NCBI RefSeq assembly: GCF_009914755.1
Contig: NC_060929.1
Length of the DNA: 64,000 bases
From: the human T2T-CHM13v2.0 reference genome, Homo sapiens
Reading direction: 5' to 3' (one strand)
The notes under the pieces are model-generated. The model worked only from the letters and a program-made list of their open reading frames with translations, did no database searches and had not been told where the DNA came from. The translations under genes and the position numbers were made by a program. How positions within the stretch are numbered: position 1 is the stretch's first letter; each line of letters starts with the position of its first letter. This document shows, piece by piece, positions 28,200-40,919 of this stretch.

Positions 28200-28597
28200 G
28201 TATCAAATAAAAACAAACCTAGACTTAAAGAGAGACTATTCAAAAGATGATTGTAATGGAGAAGACAATTTAATCTCAAGATCTGCAGCACATAAAAATC
28301 AAACAAAAATATTTTCTGTTATAAGGAAGGGTAAGCAGAGTTAGCAGGATTTTTTTAAAGAAAATTGTCCAAGCAAGGATATGAGCAGAGGGCATGATCA
28401 GGAGGGTTTGACAGGAAATGTTTCTTGCTGAAATCAGCTAATTTGGGGATGAGCTGTTAAGAAAGCATGCTCTGCATTTTAGTTCTCACTTATACTTGGG
28501 GCAAGCCAAAATTTAGGGGTCTGTGAAGAAGAGAGAAAAGTCTGACTGAAGATTGATCAAGGCAAGGCAGAGAATAGGAAATGGGCAAATCTGAACA
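28200..28597 (-). mobile_element. Probable old ERV1-type LTR (family uncertain)
   Basis: Purine-rich plus-strand pattern like antisense MER/LTR37-class LTRs; the plus strand ends ...TGAACA. Confidence 0.35.
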
Positions 28598-31500
28598 CTT
28601 GGCCAAGTGAGAGCAACAAATTCTTATACCCATGCACAAAACAAAGAAAAATATTTTTGCTACCTCATATTGAAACCAGACTCATATACTTGAGACCAAT
28701 TTTCTTTTTCTGAGCTGTACTGCTGTCTTCTCTAATTCACACATTTCACTTATTAATACATTTTGATATTCACCTACACAAACATACATACACATATACA
28801 ATATTACCAAGTGATATGTTTAAGCACATATTAAAGGTTGAAATAGCTTTTAAAATACAATTTTATCATACCCATTAGGAAATAATATTTGCATTAATTG
28901 AGTCTTCTTATTAATTTGATGTTAAAAAGAAAAATGCATTTATACATAGAAAAGAATACATAATTGAAAAGCACATGGAATTGTATGTTGGCCATATAGC
29001 TTATTCTTCTATTTATTTGAATTTTAACTTCTTGTGATATTTTGAGATGTACAGATCATTAATTACTTCAGTCTTTCATTATTCCAAAATCTAAATTATA
29101 TTAAAGATTTTTAGAAAATATTTCTAACTTAACACAAGACTAAAACATCTCAGTTTACTTTGGGAATTTTTAAATGTGACACCTAAAATTGTTATTTGGA
29201 TAATGCAAATGGGTTAACTTTGAGGTTTAAGTATTTTTATGGGGGTGGGGAAAAATAAACATATCTGCTTTCTTGGCAAATTTTACCAACATGTAATTCA
29301 CAGAATTGTGTTCATATCTTGCTGCCATCTAACCTACCATTAACTCATTTAATTGCATGTGGTGTATCACTAGTACAGATAGACTTCATCGTATTCCATA
29401 AAATTTTTCTTAATAAATATTTAATTTTCTCAAGTTGGATTTTATTTTCTAGACTAACAAATTTATATTAGGCCTTGTAGATCTCAGAAGTATAGCAAAG
29501 TAGTACATTAAATGAACTACTTTTGTGTTCTTCAAGCCAACTATTAAATTATTTAAACTTTATAAGCCTACAGATGACATAAATTAATAGCGATGATACT
29601 ATAGAAATTTATAATTACCAAAATGATGATTATCATTGTGCTTTATTAAAAATAACATAAAGAAAATACTAAGTTATTATAGGAACCTCTGCTGTCACAA
29701 AGGACAGGATAAATGGATGTAATTAAAAGAACAGTGGAAAATGTATTACTCATGTAGTTCTGTGCTTCCTGATTCTAAAACCCATTTTTTAAAATAGTGT
29801 TTTCATTTTCCGTAGAATCCTAGAAACTTTGGAGTTCATTCTTTCTTATAAAATTATGTTACTATCCTCATTCCCTACCAGGGGATTCCACAGCAGCTGG
29901 CTACCAGTTATCTATGAGCAGAGCTTTACCTCTTCTAATACACATGACACTCTGATGCCAGACTAATCCTCTTAAAACACTACTTCCACTGTGCTAATCT
30001 TTCTCATAAACCTCCAAAATCCCCTAATGGCCTGACACATTGAGTTCATGTTCTTATGCCTTGTCTTATCAAATAACTCAAAAACATGTATTTTACTTTT
30101 GCTCTAGCTCCTCTGATAAATTTTCAGACAACTATTGTCTGGATTCATTTTTGAAACAGAAAGAGGGTATAGGGCAAGGAGAATTAAAAGAAGAGAGAGA
30201 GTAGAAAAAGGAACATTCTTTTTTAAAAAGAGAAGAAACAAAAACAAAAGAAATATTAAACCTGGGAATTCATTTGACAAAGTAGTGACATTGGAAGAGG
30301 AATGCTATTGCCAGGGGCCTGTGCTTTGGTAGTTCTGAGGCAGAGGGTGCCACTGGGAAGACTGTTATATTCTGAAGCATTCAGGGCATAAGTGAAGAGA
30401 TGATTAAGGAAGCAGCACAGGAGGGACAAAAGGTTTGAGTGAGAAATTTCTTGATTTAGTAGTGTGATTCTTCTGGATTTTGAAGGATTCTATGAGGGAT
30501 TTTAGTTAGCTTTGGTGAGATCAAATTTGCATTAGATCAGCCTCACTGTTTTTTAGTAAACCAGTAAAACCTAAATTTTCTTTTCTAGTGTGCTTTGAAA
30601 GTGACATTATCACAGGGTAAAATCCTATAGTTCTAGATTTATAATCTTGCTAAAATAATTATTTGAAACTAATTTGCCTGTGCAGAAACACCACAGGAAA
30701 AAAAAATCCTGTTGTATGTCAATTAGCACATCAAGTTTCATCTTAGGATTTTTTTTCCAGGGAAACCTTCAACAATTCTACCCAAATTTCTCCCATCCTA
30801 GTATTGTGCACTCAATTGCATTTTAGATGTGAAATAAATTAGACATTAAACTCTTGAGATTACAGGATATCCCTTGAATTTTAACCATTAGTGCCTACCA
30901 GGCATAGTGTTTGGCATTACCGGAAGCATACCCCAAAACGATAAAGTGTATCATTCATATATTTAGGGAATATTGACTTCCAACTATGTATTTGATGTTG
31001 TTCCAAGAACTAAGGATAAAGCAGGTAATCAATAAACTAATAAACTAAAGTTGTTGGCTTCATAGAGTTTTCATTTATATGAGTAGAATGAGTTAATAAA
31101 TAAATAAAGATAAAATATGTCTAGTGGCAATAATAAATAGATATTTAAAAAACCATGGAAAATGCATCACTCATGTATTTCTGCACTTTGGTATTGGTAT
31201 TTTTATTCTCCAGTCTCACAACCTAGAAATCTTGGAGTTCTTTCTCTCTCATTAACTTCTGAAGAAATAAAAGAATAAGGACATAAGGAATGATCAGTAT
31301 GGCATTTTTCTTCAGATTAAAGAGTTGATTAAAACTTCTTGAATGAGGTGATGGGCAGATACCTTAGGAAGTATGGGAATAAGTGATAAGAAAACTTAGG
31401 ACCAGCACTATAGGCACAGTACATAGTATAAAGGCTCCGGGGCTGGAGCCCAAATAGTGTGTCTCTTTGGCTATTTGAGCTCTTTTTTGGTTTTATATGA

Positions 31501-34500
31501 ATTTTAGAAGAGTTTTCTTCTAATTCTGTGAAAAGTGACATTGGTAGTTAGACAGAAAAGACATTGAATTTATAAATTGCTTTGGGCAGAGTGGCCATTT
31601 TAATATTGATTCTTCTAATTCATGAGCATGAAATTATTGTCTATTTATTTGTGTCATCTCTGATTTCTTTTAGCAATGTTTTGTAGTGCTCCTTGTAGAG
31701 AGGCTGAATAGCCAAAATAATCTTAAGCAAAAAGAAGAAAGCCAGAGGCATCTCATTACCAAACTTCAAACTATACTGTAGGGCTACAGAAAACAAAACA
31801 GCATGGTACTTACTGTTACAATAAACAGAGACAAAGATCAATGAAATAGAATCCAGAATCCAGAAATAAAGCCGCAGAGCTACAATCATCTGATCTTTGA
31901 CAAACTTGACAAAAATAATAAATGGGAAAAAGTCTTCTTATTTAATAAATAGTGCTGGAATATATGGCTAAACACAGCAGAAGAATGAAACTGGACCTCC
32001 ACCTATTACAATATACAAAAATTAACCCAAGATGGATTAAAAACTTAATGTAAGACTTCAAAATATAAAAGTCCTAGAAGAAAACCTAGGAAATACCATT
32101 CTGGACCTTGACCTTGGCAAGGAATGTATGGATAAGTACTCAAAAGTAATTGCAACTGATATGGTTTGGCTGTGCCCCCACCCAAATCTCATCTTGAATT
32201 GTAACTCCCACAATTTCCATGTGTTGTGGGAGGAACCTGGTGGGAGGTGATTGAATCATTGGGGCGGGTCTTTCTTGTGCTGCTCTCATGATAGAGAATA
32301 AATCTCATGAGATCTAATGATTTTGAAAAATGGATTTCCCAGGGAGGGGCCAAGATGACCGAATAGGAACAGCTCTGGTCTGTAGTTCCCAGGGAGACCA
32401 ACGCAGAAGGCAGGTGATTTTTGTGTTACCAACTGAGATACTCAGGTCACTGGTTAGCCAGTGAGTGCAATCCACGGAAAGCGAGCAGAAACAGGGTGCG
32501 GTGTCACTTGCCCCAGGAAGAGCAAGAAGCCAGTGACCTCCCTCCTCAAGCTAAGGGAAGCCATGAAGAGCTGTGCTACCCGGCTGGGTTACTATGCTTT
32601 TCCCAGTTTTTGATCAGGAGATTCCCTCTTGTGCCTATACCACCAGGGCCCTGGGTTTCAAGAAGAAAGATGGTCAGCTCTTTGGGCAGACAGCAAGGTA
32701 GCTGCAGGAGTTTGTTTTATATCCCGGTGGCTCCTGGAACCCCAGTGAGACAAAACTGTTTACTCCCCTGGAAAGGGGGCTGAAGCCAGGGAGCCAAGTG
32801 GTTCTGGATCAGTGGGTCCCACTCCCATGGAATCCAGCAAGCTAAGAACCACTGGCTTGAAATTCTCACTGCCAGCACAGCAATCTGAAGTCGACCTGGG
32901 ACAATTGAGCTTGGTGGGGCGGGGGGCACCCACCATTACTGAGGCTTTAGTAGGCAGTTTTCCCCTTACAGTGATAAGGAGGCTGGAAGGTTTGGACTGG
33001 GCGGAATTCACCACAGTGCGACAAAGTGGCTATGACCAGACTGCTTCTCTAGGTTCCTCCTCACTGGGCAGGGCATCTCTGAAGGAAAGGCAGCAGCTCC
33101 AGTCAGGGTCTTACAGATAAAAAAACTCATCTGCCTAGGACAGAACACCTGGGAGAAGAGGCGGCTATGGGCACAGGTTCTGTGGATTTAATCTTTCCTG
33201 TCTGCCGGCTCCAAAGAGAGCAGCTGATCCTGACAAGGAGGAATCTCCCAGCACAATGCAGCAGCTCTGCTAAGGGACAGACTGCTTCCTCAAGTGGGTC
33301 CCTGACCCCCGTGCCTCCTGACTGGGAGAGACCTCCCAATAGAGGTCGACAGACACCTTATACAGGAGAGCTCTGGCTGGCATCAGGCCAGTGCCCCTCT
33401 GGGTTGAAGCTTCCAGAGGAAGGAGCAAGCAGCAATCTCTGCTGTTCTGAAGCTGCCACTGGAAATACCCATGTGAACAGGGTCTGGAGTGGACCTCCAG
33501 CAAAGTGCAGCAGACCTGCAGAAGAGGGGCCTGATTGTTAAAAGAAAAACTAACAGAGAGCAACAACATCAGCATCAGCAAAGAAGACGCCCACACAAAA
33601 ATTCCATCCAAAGGTCATCAGCCTCAAAGATAAAAAGTAGAAAAATCCATGAAGATGAGGAAGAACCCATATAAAAACACTGAAAATTCCAAAAACTAGA
33701 ATGCCTCTTCTTCTCCAAATGATCACAGCTCCTCTCCAGCAATGGCACAAAACTGGATGGATAATGAGATTGAAGAATTGACAGAAGTAGGCTTCAGAAG
33801 GTGAGTAATAACAAACTCCTCTGAGCTAAAGGAGCATGTTCTAACCCAATGGAAGGAAGCTAAGAACCTTAATAAAAGGTTACAGGAACTGCTAACTAGA
33901 ATAACCAATTTAGAGACAAACATAAATGACCTGATGGAGCAGAAAAACACAGCATGTGAACTTTGTGAAGCATACATAAGTATCAATAGCTGAATAAATC
34001 AAGTGGAAGAAAGGATATCAGAGATTGACAATCACCTTACTGAAATAGGTGTGAAAACAAGATTAGAGAGAAAAATAATGAAAAGGAATGAACAAAGCCT
34101 CCAAGAAATATGGGACTATGTGAAAAGACCAAACCTACAATTGATTGGTGTACCTGAAAGTGATGGGGTGAATGGAAACAAGTTGGAAAACACACTTCAG
34201 GATATTATCCAGGAGAACTTCCCCAACATACCAAGACAGGCCAACATTCAAATTCAGAAAATACAGAGAACACCACTAACACACTCCTCAAGAAGAGTAA
34301 CCTCAAGGCAGATTCTCAATCTGAGTAACCCAATCATCAGATTCTGCAAGGTTAAAACAAAGGAAAAAATGTTAAGGGCAGCCAGAGAGAAAGGTCAGGT
34401 TGCCTACAAAGGGAAGCCCATCAGACTAACAGTGGATCTCTCTTCAGAAACCCTACAAGCCAGAAGACAATGGTGGCCAATATTCAACATTCTTAAAAGA

Positions 34501-34506
34501 ATTTGC

Positions 34507-34951
<445 letters not shown>

Positions 34952-35013
34952 TTAGCCACTGCAAAACCACACCAAAATATAAAGTCCAATAACACTATAA
35001 GGAAACTGCATCT

Positions 35014-35312
<299 letters not shown>

Positions 35313-38300
35313 TCAAATAATGTACAAAATAACCAGCTATCATCATGATGACAGGATTAAAGCCACACATAACAATATTAACCTTAAATGTAAATGGGCT
35401 AAATGCCTCAACTAAATGACACAGACTGGCAAATTGTATAAAGAGTCAAGAACCATCAGTGTGCTGTATTCAGGAGACCCATCTTACTTGCAAAGACACA
35501 CACAGGCTCAAAATAAATGGGTGGAGGAATATTTACCAAAAATGGAAAGGAAAAAAAGCAGGGGTTGCAATCCTAGTCTCTGATAAAACAGACTTCAAAC
35601 CAACAAAAATAAAAAAGACAAGGGCATTGGATAATGGTAAAGGAGTCAATGAAACAAAAAGAGGTAACTATCCTAAATATATACGCACCCTATACAGGAG
35701 CACTCAGATTCATTAAAAAAGTTCTTAGAGACCTACAAAGAGACTTAGATACCCACACAATAATAGTGGGAAAATTTAACACCCCACTGTTAATAGTAGA
35801 CAGAAGAGACAGAAAATTAACAAATATATTGAGGACTTGAACTCAGCTCTGGACCAAGTAGACCTAATAGACATCTACAGAAGTCTCCACCCCAAATCAA
35901 CACAATATATATTCTTTTCAGTGCCACATAGCACTTATTCTAAAATCAGCAACATAATTGGAAGTAAAACACTCCCCAGCAAATGCAAAAGAATGGAAAT
36001 CATAACAGACTCTCAGATCACACTGCAATCAAATTAGAGCTCAAGATCAAGAAACTCACTCAAAACCACAAAACTACGTGGAAATTGAACAACTTGCTCC
36101 TGAATGACTACTGGGAAATAACGAAATTAAGGCAGAAATAAAGAAGTTCTTTGAAACCAATGAGAACAAAGAGACAAAACAGATATATAGACCAATGGAA
36201 CAGAACAGAGGCCTCTGAAATAATACTACACATCTACAGCCCTCTGATCTTTGACAAACCTGACAAAAACAAGCAATGGGGAAAGGATTCCATATTTAAT
36301 AAATGGTGCCAGGAAAACTGGCTAGCTGTATACAGAAAACTAAAACTGGACCCTTTCCTTACACCTTACACAAAAATTAACTGAAAATGTATTAAAGACT
36401 TAAACGTAAAACCTAAAGCCATAACAACCTAGAAGAAAACCTAGGCAATACCATTCAGCACATAGGCATTAGCAAAGCATGTCTAAAACACCAAAAGCAA
36501 TTGCAACAAAAGCCAAAATTGACAAATGGGATCTAACTAAACTAAAGAGCTTCTGCAGAGCAAAACAATCTATCATCAGAGTGAACAGGCAACCTACACG
36601 ATGGGAAAAATTTTTTGCAATCTACTCATCTGACGAAGGTCTAATATTCAGAATCTACGAGTAACTTAAACAAATTTACAGCAACCAAAAAAACAAACAC
36701 CTCATCAAAAAGTGGGTGAAAGATATGAACAGACACTTCCAAAATGAAGACATTTATGCAGCCATCAAACATACGAAAAAAAAAGCTCATCATCACTGTT
36801 CATTAGAGAAATGCAAATCAAAACCACAATGAGAACCCATCTCACACCATTTAGAATGGTGATTATTTAAAAATGAGGAAACAACAGATGCTAGTGAGGC
36901 TGTGAAGAAATAGAAACACTTACACTGTTGGTGGAAGTATAAATTAGTTGAACCATTGTGGGAGACTGTGTGGCAATTCCTCAAAGATTTAGAACTAAAA
37001 ATACCACTTTACCCAACATTTCCATAACTGGGTATATCCCCAAAGGATTATAAATGTTTCTACTATAAAGATACATGCACATTTATGTTTATTGCAACAC
37101 TATTTACAATAGCAATGACTTGGAGCCAACCCAAATGCCTATCAATGATAGACTGGATAAAGAAAATGTGGCATATATACACCATAGAATACTATGCAGC
37201 TGTAAAAATGAATGAGTTCATGTCCTTAGCAGGGACATGGATGAAGCTGGAAGCCAACTTTCTCAGCAAACTAACACAAGAACAGAAAACCAACACTGTA
37301 TGTTCTCACTCATAAGTGGGATTGAACAATGAGAACACATGGACACAGGGAGGGGAACATCACACACTGGTGCCTGTCAGGGGTTAGGGGCCAAGGGGTT
37401 GCAGAGTATTTGGACAAATACATAATATGTGCAAGGATTAAAACCTAGATGACAGGTTGATAGGTGCAGAAAACCACCATGGTACATGTATGCCTATGTA
37501 ACAAACCTGCACATTCTGCACATATATCCTAGAACTTAAAATGAAAAAAAAGAATGGGTTTCCCTAAACAAGTGCTCTCTTTGCCTGCCGCCATCCATGT
37601 AAAATGCTCCTCTTTGCCTTCTGCCATGATTGTGAGGCCTCCCCAACCATGTGGAACTGTAAGTCCATTAAACCTCTTTTTCTTCCCAGTCTCAGGTATA
37701 TCTGAGTAAGGAAATGCAGCAGTGTGAAAACAGACTAATACAGTAAATTGGTACCAACAGAGTGGGGCATTGCTGGAAAGATACCTAAAAATGTAGAAGT
37801 GACTTCAGAACTGTGTGACAGGAAGAGGTTGAAACAGTTTGAAGGGCTCAGAAGACAGGAAAAGTTTGGAACTTCCTAGAGACTTGTTTAGTGACTTTGA
37901 CAAACATGCTGATAGTGATATGAACAATAAGGTCCAGCCTGGGGTAGTCTCAAATGGAGATGAGGAACTTGTTGGGAACTGGAGTAAAGGTGACTCTTGT
38001 TATGTTCTAGCAAAGAGAGTGGTGGTATTTTTCTCCTATCTTAGAGATTTGTGGAACTTTGAACTTGAGAGAGATGATTTAGGGTATCTGGCGGAAAAAA
38101 TTTATAAGTAGCAAAGCATTCAAGTGGTGACTTGGGTGCAGTTAAAGGCATTCAGTTTTATAAGGGAAGCAGGGAATAAAAGTTTGGAAAATTTACACCC
38201 TGACAATGCAATACAAAATGAAATCCCATTTTTTGAGGAGAAATTCAAGCTGGCTTCAGACATTTGCATACATAACAAGGAGCCATATGTTAATCCCCAA

Positions 38301-40919
38301 GACAATGGGAAAAATGTATCCAGGACATATCAGAGATCTTCATGGCAGCCCCTTTCATCACAGGCCCCGAGGCCTATGAGGAAAAAGTGGTTTCATTGGC
38401 TGGGCCCAGGGTCCCTGCGCTGTGTGCAGGCTAGGGACTTGGTGTCCTGCATTCCAGCTGCTCTAGCCATGACTAAAAGGGACCAAGGTACAGCTTAGGC
38501 TGTGGCTTCAGAGGGTACAAGCCCCAAGCCTTGACATCTTCTGTGTGGCACCGGGCCTGCGAGTGCACAGAAGTCAAGAATTGAGGTTTGGAAACCTTTG
38601 CTTAGATTTCAGAGGATTTATGGAAATGCAGGAATGTGGAGTCAGAAGTTTGCTGCAGGGGTGGGGTGCTCATAGAGAACATTTGCTAGTGCAATGCAGA
38701 AGGGAAATGTGGGTTTGAGGCCCCCACACTGAGTCCCTACTGGGGCACTGCCTACTGGAGTTCTGAGAAGAGGGCCACTATCCTCCAGACCCCAGAATAG
38801 TAGACCAACTGACACCTTGCAATGTGTACCCAGAAAAGCTGCAGACACTCAATGTCAGCCTGTGAAAGCAGCTGGAAGGGAGGCTGTCCCCTGCAAAGCC
38901 ACAGAGACAAAACTACCCCAGACCACCTTTTGCATCAGTGTGACCTGAATGTGAGGAGTCAAAGGTGATCATTTTGGAGCTTTAAGATTTGACTGCCCTG
39001 CTGGATTTAAGAATCGCATGGGGCCTATAGCCCCTTTGTTTTGGCCAATGTCTCCCATTTGGAATGGCTATATTTACCCAAAACCAGTATCCCCATTGTA
39101 TCTAGAAAGTAATTAACTTGCTTTTGATTTTACAGGCTCATAGGTGGAAGGGACTTGCCTTGTCTCAGAAGAGACTTTGGACTGTGGAATTTTGAAATGG
39201 TGCTAAAATGAGTTAAGACTTTTGGGGAGTGTTGGGAAGGCATGCCTGGTTTTCAAATATGAGGACATGATATTTGTGAGGGACCAGGGATAGAATGATA
39301 TGGTTTGGCTGTGTCCCCACCCAAATCTCATCTTGAATTGTAACTTCCACAATTCCCACGTGTCATGAGAGAAACCTGGTGGGAGGTGATTGAATCACAG
39401 AGGTTGCTCTTTCCCGTGCTGTTCTCATTATAGTAAATAAATCTCATAAGACCTGATTTAAAAAAAAAAAAAAATGGGCGTTTCCCTGTACAAGTTCTCT
39501 CTTTGTCTCCTGCCATCCATGTAAGACGTGACTTGCTCCTCCTTGCCTTCCACCATGATTGTGAGGCCTCCCCAGCCATGTGGAATTGTAAGTTTTTTAA
39601 ACCTCTTTTTCTTCCCAGTCACAGGTATTTCTTTATCAGCAGCATGAAAACAAACTAACACAGCAACAAAAACAGAAATTAGTAAGTGAGTCCTAATTAA
39701 ATAGCTTCTGTACAAGACAAATTATCAAGGAAGTAAACAGACAACCTACAGAAAGGGAGAAAATATTTGCGAACTATGCATCTGACAAAGGTGTAATATC
39801 CAGAATCTATAAAGAATTTAATTCCACAAGCAATAATAATAATAGTAATAACCTCGTTAAAAAGTGGGCAAAGGACAGGAACAAACATTTCTCAAAAGAA
39901 GATATGCACATATAAGCAGCCAACAAACATATTAAAAATGCTTATCATTGGTAATTATTAGAGATGCAAATCAAAATCACAATGTGATAGAATCTCTTAT
40001 CAGTAAGAATGACTTTTGTTAAAAAGTAAAAAAAATAACAGATGTTGGTGAGGCTGTGGAGAAAAATGGATATATCTACTACTGGTGGGAATGTAAATTA
40101 GTCCAGCCACTATGGAGAACAATTTGGAGATTCCTCAAAGAAATAAGTGTTGAATTACCATTCAACCCAGCAATCCCCATTACTGGGTATATACCCAAAG
40201 GAAAATAATAAATTATTCTATTGTAAATACAGAAGCACCTATATGTTCATCACAGCACTGTTCACAATACGAAAAACATGCAATAAATTTAGGCCGTCAT
40301 CAGTGGTGGTTTAGATAAGGAAAACATGGTACATATACACTATGGAATACTATATAGCCATTAAAAAGAATGAAATTATTTTCTTTGCAAAAACATGGAT
40401 GCTACTGGTGACCATTATCCTAAGTGAATTAAGGCACAAAGAGAAAAACAAATGCTGCATGTTCTCATTTACAAGTGGAAGCTAAATATGAGGTAAACAT
40501 GGATATAAAGATGGGAGGAAGAGATGGAATGGGGAAGGGCTGAACAGCAAACTATTGTGTATTATGCTTACTATGTGGGCGACAGGCTCAGTCATACCCC
40601 AAACCTCAGCATCACATAATATACTTATGTAACAAACATGCACATGAACCAAGAAAAATAAAATAACAACATAAGTAAAAAAGAAAAACAAAACAAACAA
40701 ACAAAAACATTGTGTCCCAAGAAACAAAGAGGTCAATGTCACTAGACAATTCAAAACTAGAATAAACACAGAAAGATAAATTGAGAGAAATATGGCTTGG
40801 GGCCAGATGACATAGTATTATAATATCTAGGTCACAGTATAGCGTTTTCCTATTTTCTGACTAAAATGCACATTCTAGTGTTTTGTTTCTCAGTTCAGAT
40901 TGCACCTGAGTAGTTCCAA

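Noticed and set aside
32421-33986. Cluster of overlapping ORFs in GC-richer DNA
   Set aside because: They lie in the L1PA8 5'UTR and ORF1 start. Higher GC content gives chance ORFs, and I could not identify an intact ORF0.
37638-37650. THE1B PRDM9 hotspot motif position (also 39567-39579)
   Set aside because: The copies read CCTCCCCAACCAT and CCTCCCCAGCCAT, not the hotspot-associated CCTCCCTAGCCAC.
37839-38848. ORFs in the THE1 internal region
   Set aside because: Broken remnants of the MaLR internal ORF, interrupted by stops and frameshifts.
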